Shown: piece after piece, positions 41,543 to 53,480 of the stretch
How the letters are laid out: each line of letters opens with the position of its first letter
Position numbering within the stretch: position 1 is the stretch's first letter
DNA from: Vicugna vicugna
Lineage: Eukaryota
Direction: 5' to 3'
Assembly: GCA_013265495.1 (NCBI GenBank)
Contig: MU058636.1
Location: 9,046,239 to 9,110,238 of the forward strand
Length of the DNA stretch: 64,000 nt
Position numbers and translations under genes: made by a program
The notes under the pieces: model-generated
The model's input: the letters and a program-made list of their open reading frames with translations, nothing else
Told to the model about the DNA's origin: nothing
Database searches by the model: none

Positions 41543-42259
41543 TGGGGGGAAAAATAAGGTTTCAAAAAACATATTCAGGGAAACGGTTCTCTAAATTGTT
41601 CAGTGGAAGACCATGTAAAGGGCTGTGTATTTTATATTTTTGGAGAGAACTTGGGGCAGTATTTTCATTCTTTGTAAAAGCAAAAGAAAGTTATGTGTGT
41701 GTGTGCGCGCGCGTGCGTGCGCATGCGTTTGAATGAGTAGGGTTTCTCCCTTCAACTACAAAAAAGCATGGAAAGCTGGATGACCCGTGCTCAGTGCCCA
41801 GCTTCGCCTTCCTAAAATGACCTCAGCTGTTCCCGTGAAGCCTAGTCTGCTGAAAAGCTCTGGAAGGGAAATCGTTGCCCAAGTATTTGATTTCATACTA
41901 AAATCTAAGTCCTGCATACCCTGGCACTTTGACATAGTTTGTGCATCTCTCTCCTAACTTCCTTCACTCCTAACTTCCCAGAGGATCAGCCATGAACTTC
42001 GACTGAGTAGGAAAACTACTGGCAAAACCACTTCCTGCAACAAGAGAGTAAACTCTTTGTACCAGAAACTTCCCGCATTGATGATGGGTTTGAAAATTTC
42101 TATATATTTATGTAAAAGGAGAAGGCAGGTTTATTATCTGACAACACGTTGCATCAATTCATTAGAAAACATGGAATATATGGAGAAAAGTCAGATAACA
42201 CGTTTATATTAGGTTATATATGTTGATGTATCAGAATATAATGTTTGACAGGATGGAGA

Positions 42260-42485
42260 CTTGGGGCCAAGTAATTCTAATTCTTTGGGGCCAATTAATT
42301 CTAATCCAGTCTAATTCTGCCTTTCCCATACATTTCAGGGTCCCTGACCTCTCCCCACTAGACACCAGTAACATCCCTCCCTCTCCTCTATTGTGACAAT
42401 CAAAAATGTCTCCCAACATTGCCAAGTGTCCCCACGAGGACAAAATCATTAACCCCCGGCCCCCAAAGAGAACTGTTGGTTTAGA
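42260..42485 (-). mobile_element. MER20 with a local ~24-bp tandem duplication at its left end
   Basis: ccactagacaccagtaacatcc...ttgtgacaatcaaaaatgtctcccaacattgccaagtgtcccc. The unit ttggggccaa(g/t)taattctaat is repeated at 42261 and 42285. Confidence 0.8.
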
Positions 42486-42683
42486 CTATATCAGGAGTTG
42501 TAAAGTCAACATATGCCTCTGAAGGCTTCTCTGCAACCCATGAATTCTCTGCAGTAATCATTGTCTCAAATCCTCAGAATATTACAAAAATGCCATCAGC
42601 ATTGTATATTAACCAAGTGAAAAAAATGTGGTTTATCTTGGCCTAAAAGAGAATGTTGTACTGATTCTCATTTTTTCTAAGTT

Positions 42684-42706
42684 GAGAGAGAGAGAGAGAG
42701 AGAGAG
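42684..42706 (+). repeat. (GA)n microsatellite
   Basis: Read directly from the sequence. Confidence 0.95.
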
Positions 42707-43371
42707 CAACCTTTACCTGTCCTATGCATTTGGATTTTTACCAAATAGACGTGTAGGTCCAAAATTCCTCCAAGAAATCCAGGTATTGCTTCTTTTCATT
42801 CCTCAAAATAAATATACTCTTAGAGTATCTTCTTGTACACAATTTTCTTAAGAACTAAAAACAAAAACTGTTAGAATTTCAGAATTTATGTGCCTTTAAA
42901 TAAGGCCTGATTTTCAAAGCCCTGAGTACATAGAATGCCTACATTTTGGAGCTTCATAAAAGGTCTTCGTTTCTTACCCTGATTTATTATATATAATACT
43001 TAGTATGGTAATTATTCCTAAAGCTTGCTGATAATATCTGTTTAAAAGTTTTTAGCCTAGAAGCCCATTGAAGGATTACTGGAATACCTCTTCATTGCTA
43101 TTATTAATGGCTTCTGATTACTAATAATAACTAATAATACTATAATAACTGCTAATAATATATTTTCCCCCCAGCAAACAAGTAATTTTGTTTAAACAGA
43201 CAGAAGTAGTGAATTAAACACATAAACTTTTTCTAACCAGGAAGATATTTTTAGTTTGAAAACAAGAGTGTCCAAGTTGTAAATTATTTTTCAAACAGAA
43301 CAGTAGGTTTTTCCAAGTTTTAAAAAGACATCAGTGCCTTTCTAAAATACACTTGTTAAAAAGTGCAGGCT

Positions 43372-44090
43372 GCTCCTCAAAAACCTGAAAATAGACCTAC
43401 CTGATGATCCAGCAATTCCACTCCTGGGTATAAATCAGAAGAAAATGAAAACATTAATTCACAAAGATACATACACCCCAGTGTTCATAGCAGCACTATT
43501 TATAATACCAAGATACGGAAGCAACCTAAGTGTCCATCAGCAGATGACTGGATAAAGAAGATGTGGTGTGTGTATATGTGTATATATATATAGTAATATA
43601 TATATAGTAATATTCTATAGATATAGATATACAGCAGAATATTACTCAGCCATAAAAGAGAATGAAATGTTGCCATTTGCAACAGCATGGATGGACCTGG
43701 AGGGTACTGTGCTTAGTGAAATAATTCAGAGAAAGACAAATACTGTATGTTATCACTTACATGTGGAATCAAAAAAATTAAACGAATGAATGTAACAAAG
43801 TAGAAACAGACTCACAGATACAGAGAACAAACTAGTGATCACCAGTGTGGAGAGGGAAGCGGGAGAGGCAAGACAGAGAGAGTGGACTGAGAGGCACAAA
43901 CTACTATGTACAAAATAAAGCTATAAGGATATACTGTACAGAACAGGGGCCATAGCCAATATTTTGTAATTCCTTTAAATGGAGTATAATCTATAAAAAT
44001 ATTGAATCACTACGTTGTACACCTGAAACTAATATAATGATGTAAGTGGACTACACTTCAATTTTTAAAAAAGAAAAAAAGAAAGAAAAT
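43372..44090 (+). mobile_element. L1 fragment: decayed ORF2 C-terminus plus 3'UTR
   Basis: gatccagcaattccactcctgggtata, gcaacctaagtgtccatca, ttgcaacagcatggatggacctggag and tgtacacctgaaactaatataat, then an A-rich tail. ORF 43568..43789 contains L1 ORF2-like YYSAIKENEMLPFATAWMDLE. Confidence 0.92.
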
Positions 44091-45884
44091 TGAAGAATAA
44101 CAAATGTAGACTGTAAGAATGCTTGCTAAAATTCAGTGGAAGATAGAGTCTTTCTTCTTTCTTGACTTCCATCCATACAAAGTTAGTTGCCAAAAGAATT
44201 TTAATAAAAAGAAGTTCTTCGATGTGGCAGTTTGGCAGAAGTCTGTGTCCAATCTGCCAGTTCAAGGATTCATGATATTGGCTGCTTACGGTGGGCATTT
44301 TTGCTAGCCATTTTATTTGTTCTTGGGTAAATTTTAATATTCTAAAAATCTTTATTTTATTGTGGACAAAACTTTTATTTTTCTCATGGCGGTTCTTAGA
44401 GGCTCACGTGTATCATATCGGCCACTGGCAAAAACCTAATTTGTGAGTAATATATTTGGTTCCTAGTCCATCTTTTTATTGAGTCCTTGAATAATTCTAC
44501 CAAATTAGTATTTCTTAAAGCAGAATTCAGATTCTGTCTTTCTCTACCCCAAGTTTCCATCGTCCACCCCTGAGCCCCAGGTGCTGTATACTCACCGTTT
44601 CACCTTACATTTTAGATTATAATTCATATATGGGCTTTGGTTTACCCTCCTTACTAGAGTCTAAGTCTTACAGAAGGGGATTAAACGTGAGCCATCCCAA
44701 AACCTCGTAACACGTGTGTTTGCACAGAGCTCTGTTCAGACACACTGCCGTGTGTTGCCTAAATTATTTCCCTACAAGGTCTGGTGCTCGAAGACCATAC
44801 CAACTTGTCTTTATACTTACTGTTTTTTTTTTTTTGTCTCTTGGCAGCTATGTATGTAAATAAATGGCTTTTATATTAATTGGAGATGGTGAAATCACCA
44901 AGGAGGGGTGTATTGGTAGCTCTGGCATAATTTTAAGGGGATCAGAGCAGTCACCAAAAAGTTCAACTAATTAAATAAGACACAAGTTAAGCACAAAAGC
45001 TCGCTTTGAAAAATTAATCTGAAATAAATGCAAAGAAACTGTGAAAACAAACACATGACATTGATGGTATTCTCCATTCTCTCTCTCCTTCCCTCCTTCC
45101 CTCTCTCCTTCTTTCCTTGACAGACATCAGTGACAATGATGTCTTAGTTTGTCACAGGAGCAATGGCCAGGTAACAAGATGTGAGATGATTCCATATATT
45201 TCTCTTCAATTTTAAACCTAGACATCTAAAATTTCCAAATCTTGATTTTATGGCTGAAAACTTTTTCTCCCCTTTTTATATTTTTGTCTCAAGGTAGCAC
45301 ACATTCAAAAGTTAATCCAAAGTAGAGCTCAAACTCTAATCCTTGTCCACTGTAATGGCTGTGTCTTACAGTAACGTGCACGGTGCTGCTCTCCAAATAG
45401 GATTTAGGACCCAGCCTCACTTCACAGGGCATTAACTAAATGGTGCTAAACCGGTTACTCTGAGAGGTGCAGGGGGAAGAAGTTTGCTTTCATTTCCCTG
45501 CAGCGTCTCCTTGGGGTCGGGGGTGGGGAGACGTCTGGCGCCACAAAAGGAATTAGGCTCTGGTTTGAACACAAACCTGAAGGCTATTAAGTTTATTTTA
45601 AGAATGTGTTGCCAGAGATCTAATAAATTTATACCTTGCCTCAGGCAGTGCATGCATGAAATCACGCTGCACCAGGTGTTTTGTTTTGTATTTTTTCCTT
45701 TCCTGGGAGACAGGAGAGGGTGTGGATCTTCTTGACAAACTTAACTCAGCTTTTGATAACGTAGTTATTGTTTCTTTAAACGTATGACAAGTTTTTTTTT
45801 CTCCTATTTGTAAATGGGAGAAAATGATAGAAAATTATTTCTGGGCTGCATTAAAAAGAGATAAGTAAATTCCTCCCCCCCAAA

Positions 45885-45957
45885 TTATATATATATATAT
45901 AAAATATATATATACACACACACACACACACATATACATATACATATATATACACAC
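45885..45957 (+). repeat. Compound (TA)n/(CA)n microsatellite
   Basis: Read directly from the sequence. Confidence 0.93.
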
Positions 45958-46632
45958 TTTATAATTTCATATCATTTTAGACACACAATGTTTATGATCT
46001 TATGCTTAAGTACAGTATTTGAGATTGCACTCTGTTAAATGGAAAAATCACCAGACAAGGAGTGAAAAACCCCTGGGAATTTATTCCTCTTTTGCAAATA
46101 CCTGCCTTGTAATCTTATTCAAATCTCAACTTTTCTGGATCTTGAGAAAATGGGGCAGAGAGAAAAGATTCAGTCTAGGGTTCATTCTTGCCCTAAAATA
46201 CTTGGAGTTTTTATTTGTGTTTTTCAACCACATCATTATTTTCTGAGTTAGTTTGTGTTTTTTTTTTCAGAAGACAGAATCCGACTTTCATTTTCAAAAA
46301 ATAGTTTCCTTAGTTACTCAGATTACTGCATTAAAACGACTGTGCTAGCTTTTAATTTAGGCTGCACATGATCGGCTAGTAATAGGCATGTTGTAAATGA
46401 GAGTTCACCTTGAAATTATACGTTTGCTTTGTCCTTTGTCCTCTGGAGAGGTACATCTGAATTCCATGTCCTGGGCATGCAACCCAACAGTGAAGACATT
46501 CATTCCACTGGGTTTAAACTCCTAATTAAGAAAGCAAAGTATTGCACAATTCAATCAGGTTTGATTAAGGAAATATTTTTAATCCCCAGGTTAGGAAAAA
46601 GAAACACATGGTTCCCCCCCCCCCGCCTCCTT

Positions 46633-46634
<2 letters not shown>

Positions 46635-46666
<32 letters not shown>
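46635..46666 (+). repeat. poly(T) tract of about 32 nt, preceded by a C run
   Basis: Read directly from the sequence. Confidence 0.93.
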
Positions 46667-46672
<6 letters not shown>

Positions 46673-47191
46673 TGAAAATCAGCACATTCCTTTTTTGTTT
46701 AGGGATGGAGGTGGGGGAGGGGGCCCTGCTTGGAGAACGGTGGAGGATCCCTGCAGGCTCCGGCTTGCCCACTCCGGCCCAGCTGTGGTCCTGATGGAGC
46801 CATCATTCAGCCTGGAAGCAGCGTTCCCCTCCCAGCATTCCCTGAGTTTGGCTATGGCCCCCAGTGCATCCACAAAACAAGAGGGTCGTACCCTTAACTT
46901 GTGTTAATTTCTCTATGATTCAGTCTCAAATATTTTAAAACTGACCTTCATACTCTTATTTCTCCTGCTTAATTCTGACCATCTGTCAGCCACGCTATGC
47001 ATTAACACGAGGGGGCTCGCTGGCAGTAGAGGGAAAAGTGCTCACATCATCATTTTTGCTTCTATTCAATAGCACTCGTTTGTAAATTAAGTTAAAGCAA
47101 ATTGAAGTTAAGCTGGACTTGCCTGTAACTAGAATACTGACCTAAAGGAGGTAATCTGATTACGCAGAAGTATAAAAACAATCCTAGCAGT

Positions 47192-47303
47192 GATTATAAA
47201 TCAATAAAAAAAGTTTTAAAAAAACATTGCAAAATGATTGTAAATCAATAAAAAAAAAGTTAAAAAATTAAAAATAATAAAAAATAATAAAATTAAAAAA
47301 TAA
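47192..47303 (+). mobile_element. Very short retroposed insertion: two tandem L1-like extreme 3' termini plus A-rich tail
   Basis: Perfect 18-bp TSD aaaaacaatcctagcagt at 47174-47191 and 47304-47321. The insert carries tgatt(a/g)taaatcaataaaaaaa(aa)gtt twice. Confidence 0.75.
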
Positions 47304-50300
47304 AAAAACAATCCTAGCAGTCTGGATGTTAACCTCGGATGCGGTAGATGAATAGGAATTCAAGTCTTTGGAACCTCATGTGTGAGTACTCACTGTATAC
47401 TCACTATGCGTATGTGTGTGATCACATCGTGTCCCTAAAGAACAAAACTACACGTATGGTGACACTCCTGCTTCGAGGTGAATGTTGGTATATTCATCAG
47501 TCCCATCCCCACCTCCATCACTTGGCAACTTCTTATCTTTAGAGCCTACGGGAGAATAGAGGGTAGAGTGTGAACTGATCCATACTTGAGCTCAATTCCA
47601 TGTGACTTGTGTGACAATTACCAAGATATCACAGCTCCGTGTGTGCTTTTTCCTTAGGAAAGATGTCTTATGAGTGCCTGAGAATGGCCTCAAAGACCAC
47701 TACGTGAGTGTGTATATCCCTAGAGGTCAACGTGTTCTGTGCCTACTTCTCTCCACCTCTGGGTCTTTGTCCTGTCACTTCTCCTTCTGTACGTTTCTGT
47801 GTATATTCTTCATATGTCTTTGTGGATCTGACCCCTTGGGCTGTGCTGTCTCTTTTTCAGAATGTATATTGGTGGAAATGGGTGTGGGTGTGTACAGAAT
47901 GGAGGAAGAAAACAATACACCAATTATCAGAAGTTGCATTACAGCAATTTTGGAAAAGATTATTGGGCTAAATCACTGGAGTTATTAAGTAGTCTGCAAA
48001 ATTATAAAGCCTGTTGACTTTTCTGGGTCTGTCTCTCAGCTCTTCAGTCATGGAGGGTCCCCGTTGGCTTTCAGGTCAAGGCTGTTCATCTCTGGGTGTC
48101 TGGGGTCAGGATTAGCACCACCACCCTCCCTTCCAGGGCAGATTTTGGATGCATCTTGACCACTCCCTCTTTGCCTTTAATATCCAAATACTCCAATAGG
48201 AAGAGGAGAAGGAAGTAAGTATTGAGTAAATGTCCTGAGCTCCTATCAAAATCTTTGAAGTTCCCTTTTTACTAGATTTCTTATCTCTGATCTTATACTT
48301 AATCTTCCAGGAACACTTTCCCCCACCCTCCCTCTGAGTATCCAAATACCTGTACTTAAGTCTCCATTAAAACACTATCTCTTCCATGAACTTGTCTTTG
48401 ATCCGCTCAGGTGAACTCCCCCAATTCCCTCTCAGTGCCTCTCTCCTAGCCCTTGTCAACCTCTAGCTCATACCCATGATCTACGTACTTGTGTCGCCTC
48501 CCATAGTTGAATGTCAACTCCTGGGGAGGGTGGCGTGTTAAGAGCCAGTTGGCTTCAGCTTTACACCTGGTGTTTTTCAGTAAACAGTAAACTCTACCTT
48601 ACTCTAAGAGCCAGAATACAGGATCGCAGGAGCTCTCAGGGACTCTCTCATGGAAGATTCTAAGGCCAAGCAAAATTTAGAAGATCATCCTAGTAGAGAA
48701 AAGGCAATGAAATAAATCTCTTATTTTAACTTTAGTTTTTGAATCTCACAATAATTAATAATATTGATGCTGATGGTATTTGCGTGGTTGTTAATCACTG
48801 TTCTTAATTTCGAAGAGAGCAAGACGGCTGAAAAATCAAATTGTCGAATTTTCCCAATAAATTAGATAATATTATCTTAATCTTTTCTACTATAAATATC
48901 AATTTCTATTGCTGATTTTAACGTTGATATCCAACTTTTTAAAATAGCTGTATATGTGATTTCCAGGTCAGTTTTCAGGCTGAACTCTATGCTGGGCAAA
49001 TGGAATAGCACCAAGCTAGAAGGTCTGAGCAGGCTGGCAAAATATGACTAATACCATTATGTTCTACTGGTAACCAACCTTCCTCCAAGAAAGAAAAAAT
49101 TGTCAAAAATTTTTGAAAAAATTGTCAAAGCTAAATACAGCCAGAAATTACCCTTTAGTTAGCATGAGTTTCCTATTGAAAAAGCATGCTTTGTCTTTAC
49201 AGAAACCAGGCAGCCCCCTATGTTTCTAGGGAGGGCTAATTGAAGGTTGTAGGTCTTTGTTATTCTAAAAAAAAACAAAAACAAAAAACTGTTGTATTCC
49301 CATTGAGAAAAAAGATGAAGACGGCTAAAGGCCAGCTGGAAAAGTTCAAAAGAGGTCTTTTCATCAAAACCTTAATGGCTGGAGTGTCAGGGTTTGGGGA
49401 CAAAGCATTTGGGAGTGTAGTTATCAGCTGTCAGGCACCTGTTGTGTGGATTTCCGACACACGTTAACAGACTTCAGCTTGTTTCCAGTGAAACATTGAG
49501 ACTAGCTCCTCGTGCATCATAGTGACGGAATCTATTTTAGAAAAGCAAAGAATCACACTGAATTAAAAATTTGTTGGTTTTTTAAGTTGTTTGACTTCAT
49601 CGAAAATTTCACACTCAGTAAGCTGTTGCTATAGTTGATTAAACGTGTCAACATTGATTATTCCCATATTTTGAGGTTTTAGAGGAATTTGCACGATAGG
49701 TAATAAGTGAATAAATAATGTGTCCTTCCGTTCTTTAGGTAAAATGCAGACTTCCATTGTGCGAGGCCAGTTTTAGTCATGAGAGTTACAATAAACTTCA
49801 GCCTACTTCCTCAGATCTTTGTATCACTACTGCATAGTTAAGTAGTTTCTAAGATTTTACACATTCTGAAATGCAGCAGGAGTTATATTTGTAGAAATCA
49901 GATCATTACATAGTATTTAATTCTACTCAGGGTTAAGCTTTATACATTTAACTTCATATTCTCTAGTAAAATATCTACTTTAAAATCCCTGATGTAAAGT
50001 GAAAACTGAGCACTGAAGACAGTTACCTGGAGTGTGTCACTGTCTTGTGAAGCAAAGTTTCTCTGTGTTGTTTATGAATTTTATGTCAAATAAAAATCTG
50101 AAAGTGGTGGACATATAAAATCCTTGGCAAACTTGTACTGTGTGTCACTTAAAACCCCTGATTAATCAGTAACCTAGCACCCTCATTGTTCCAGAACATG
50201 AGCGCCAATCGGAAAATAAGTTTTATAAATCTGGAATAGAGATGATATTAGCTATCCCTGAGACCATCCATGCAACTTCAAAATGGAACAGAAGGGTTGA

Positions 50301-50447
50301 ACAGGCATTTAGGCATCAATAAACATTTAGATAAACACAAATTCCAATAATTCCCATTCATAGGTGATCACAAAATCTTTACACAGTGTTCGTGGAATAG
50401 AAGTTTGCAAGACATTTTAGAAAGAGTATCATTAAAAACAATTTCAG

Positions 50448-50464
50448 AGTGAAGAAATTCAATG

Positions 50465-50551
<87 letters not shown>

Positions 50552-50584
50552 GAACGAGATTCCCACTGTCCCTACCTACTATCC

Positions 50585-50615
<31 letters not shown>

Positions 50616-50666
50616 CGGAATCAGCGGGGAAAGAAATATCAAACAAACAAAAAACAAACAAACAAA
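50448..50666 (+). pseudogene. Retroposed 28S rRNA fragment (188 nt, H68-H71 region and downstream) with an A-rich tail
   Basis: 50448-50635 (agtgaagaaattcaatgaagcgcgggtaaacggcgggagtaactatgactctcttaaggtagccaaatgcctcg...tcagcggggaaagaa) matches the conserved eukaryotic 28S core as recalled. It is followed by atatc and an (A)n/(AAAC)n tail. Direct repeat aaaaacaatttcag at 50434-50447 and 50667-50680. Confidence 0.95.
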
Positions 50667-52554
50667 AAAAACAATTTCAGGCTTAAAAAAAAAAAAGACT
50701 TAAAAGAGATATGGTACCTTTATGGAGGACATTTATATGGCCTGATAAGTGAAGCACTACTTTTAACCAAGACATTAGAGTGTCTAATTCATTAAATCGG
50801 CATTTTTCTAACAGTAAGTGAAATGAACTCCCTGCCTCCCTGGATCATGCGTTACAATGGGAGGAGACAGAGTGAACAAACAAAAAAGATAACATAAACA
50901 GGGTGTGAGGATTTGGAAAGCACTGAAGGGAAAAATTACCCAGAATAAAGGAGCTGGAGAATGCTGGGGCTGTGTGAGGGAAGACCTCATTGAGTCAATA
51001 TTCTTAAAACATGTACTGTTTAGAAAAAGACTACTATTTTCTGGAACATTTTAGGAAAGAGTTAAAATTAGATCTTTAAAATAGCTAAAAACTCAAAACT
51101 CAGAGAAATAGAGGAACTGCATGCTTAGTGATTTTGTTCTTGGATATGGGGTAAGAAAGAGTCAGGAAGAAAGTACACAGAACTATAATCAAATTCACTT
51201 GCTAATCGCAAGAGTTAGTGAATAGGTCAGAGGTTATTCATCACAAGTTAGGTAAAACTGTAATATGTGCTTTGTTTGTATAAACTGAGAACTGTTATGA
51301 AACAAAGAATCAAACAGGAGTCACATAGTAGCCAATTTATTACTAAAAATCATACTTATACCATAAGCTTTCTCATCAAGGAATAAGTCTTTAGACCTCA
51401 CGTTTTAGGCGCTGCACTGGATCTGGAGACTAGAAGGATGAATTTGACCAGTTCCCGTCCTGGGATGCTCAGGAAGGCAGTTAATGGCAGTATATCCATG
51501 AAGATAAAGAGCTAGGATTACTCGGGTTGCAGATACAGAAGGGGTACACACAGCATGTGAAGCCAGGCTTCCTGGCTGTAGGCAGGTGAGTTGGACCCAA
51601 ACAGATTGCTAGGAGGAGTAAGAAAGCAAAGATATTTTGGGTAGAAGATTTCCCACACGTAAAAGCACCCACCACATTCAGAAAACAGTGAGAACTTGGA
51701 TGTGAACGGGTATTTCTCTCCATGGAGACCTGATGGGATGCGAAGCTGAAGGTGTTCAGACGGACAAGGAATGGGAATAAAATCTGGGACTTGGTAGAGC
51801 CACAATCTCAGTGAGATAGAAGTGTGGCATAACGTTATTTTTGAGTAATAATTAGTTGAGAAATCAGAAACGTTTTATGTATTAATTTAATTGATTAAAT
51901 GCTATTCTATTCTTGTTTATTACTTTCTAGAAGAAATGTTCCAAGTAATAGAACATAAACACAATAATGTAAAAAGAAGTATTTTTAAAGACAGTAAGAC
52001 CAAGTGCTGGCAATGGAAAGAGAATGAATGGCCACTCTCAATCTCTGACAAAAAATTAGTACAATTAGTAAATGTGTGCCATTAAACAATATGAGAGGAT
52101 ATCTGCTCAAGTGCAAAGCTGCACAAAATAGTTAGTAGGTGAACAGCTGCAGAACCACAAAGAGATGAGAGGGCTGGAGTCACTGCAGGAGGCTTCATGA
52201 AGGAGGCGGTACAAAGAGCCTTGGAGGAGTAGAAGGTGCAAGCAGAGGAGTGATGGGGTCATCATTTCAGGCTAGAGGACAGAAGTGACAGGAAGAGTAG
52301 GGGTGGCAAACCCACAGGGCAGCAGGACCCTTGGCTGGACCTCAGTGTTCAGATCAGACGCAAGGGGAATGAGACAGGGCAGGGCAGGTGAAACCAGGAG
52401 TCTGCCAAGGATGGCCTGACCTGATGTGTGAACCTGCTGTAGGGAGATGGGGCAAAGGAGAACTGAGTACAGGTGGATTTAGGCAGATGACTAGTCTGGC
52501 CGTGGGCATGCAGGATGGATTTGAGTATGCGTGGTGTGGTGAGGGGCGCGAGCT

Positions 52555-52765
52555 AACATTTGTTGAAGGATGCTATCCATGTCCTGCACTCTACTGCGTG
52601 AATGTACGGGTATCTCACTTGATCTTCACAGCAGACGCAGGCATCAATTAATTTTACCCTTGTTTGACTCTCCGAGTGAGGAAACAGAGGTCTAGGGAAG
52701 ACACCTGCTCAAAGTCAGACAGCAGATACATTGTGAAGTGGGCTGTGGACTCCAGTCTGAGGCGC
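52555..52765 (-). mobile_element. MIR SINE
   Basis: atctcacttgatcttcacagca...gaggaaacagaggtctaggga...acctgctcaaagtcagacagc. Confidence 0.65.
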
Positions 52766-53029
52766 CCCCAGCCCCTGACCCCACGTCCCCAGATCAGTAC
52801 CCAGTGCCCAGGACATGTTAGACTTAATAAGTTCTTAAAGACAAAATGAGGAATGAACTCGTGTTTTCCAAATTATTTATATTCTATATTAAAAATTTTT
52901 GCTAAAAACGAAAGGTCTGTAATCCTATCAGTTTAAAACACAGGAAGCAGCTCCATATTTGTAATGTCTTATTTTTCATAGCTACATTCACAGCATCAAT
53001 ACCATTTGTTTCTGTATTTTAAGTGTTTC

Positions 53030-53480
53030 AAATATTTCAACCAAATTTGCATATTTGTTATTTAATGACCGAATACTATTTCATTGATTTGATGTATCAC
53101 AATATAGTAAACGCTAAGATTTTTGGTTTGGGGGCTAATGTAGAAAATATTGCAATGAATAGTTCCTTACAAATATGTTTTTTTCTTTTCTTGAAGCAAA
53201 AATCTCAGAAGGACTTACAAGATCCAATGGCATGGACATCTTTTTGTGTCTTGCACACATTGCCATGTACCAGTCTAAATGGCTCGTGCTAATTTACAAT
53301 TCAAACAGCAGTAAACAAAAAAACCAATTTCCTTACATAAGCTTGGCTGTACTGAGTATTTAATCTTCAGTACATGTCAACTCATAACTCAAAGTCGCTG
53401 CAATTTTTAAAAAATTTCTAGCCAAGATACACATGTTTTCATGTGTCTGTTCACTCACTATGTTTTCCCCTGTGTAGATT
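53030..53480 (-). mobile_element. Highly decayed old L1 (L1ME-like) fragment
   Basis: gaatactatttcattgatttgatgtatcacaat, aatattgcaatgaatagttcctt and catgtgtctgttcactcact resemble the antisense L1 ORF2 end. Confidence 0.45.

Noticed and set aside
43500..43789. ORFs 43568..43789 (+) and 43500..43688 (-)
   Set aside because: Decayed L1 ORF2 C-terminus interrupted by a TA-rich expansion; not a host gene.
46985..47130. Possible old Tigger-type DNA transposon end (...gttaagctggacttgcctgta)
   Set aside because: Only one putative terminus was recognisable, so the family cannot be assigned without a Dfam search.
47174..50447. Two nearby TSDs both starting AAAAACAAT (47174 and 50434), suggesting a sequence-specific integrase
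   Set aside because: The shared A-rich start is expected from L1 endonuclease preference, and the sequences diverge after 9 nt. Two cases are not enough.
50448..50635. Functional rRNA gene or rDNA contamination
   Set aside because: Only 188 nt with no other rDNA nearby. It is flanked by a TSD and A tail in unique intronic sequence, so it is a retrocopy.
50514..50795. ORF MPRHLISDAHEWMNEIPTVPTYYPAKPQPRERAWRNQRGKK...
   Set aside because: It is a translation of the 28S rRNA fragment, its A tail and flanking intron. Any protein database hits would likely be mis-annotated rRNA translations.
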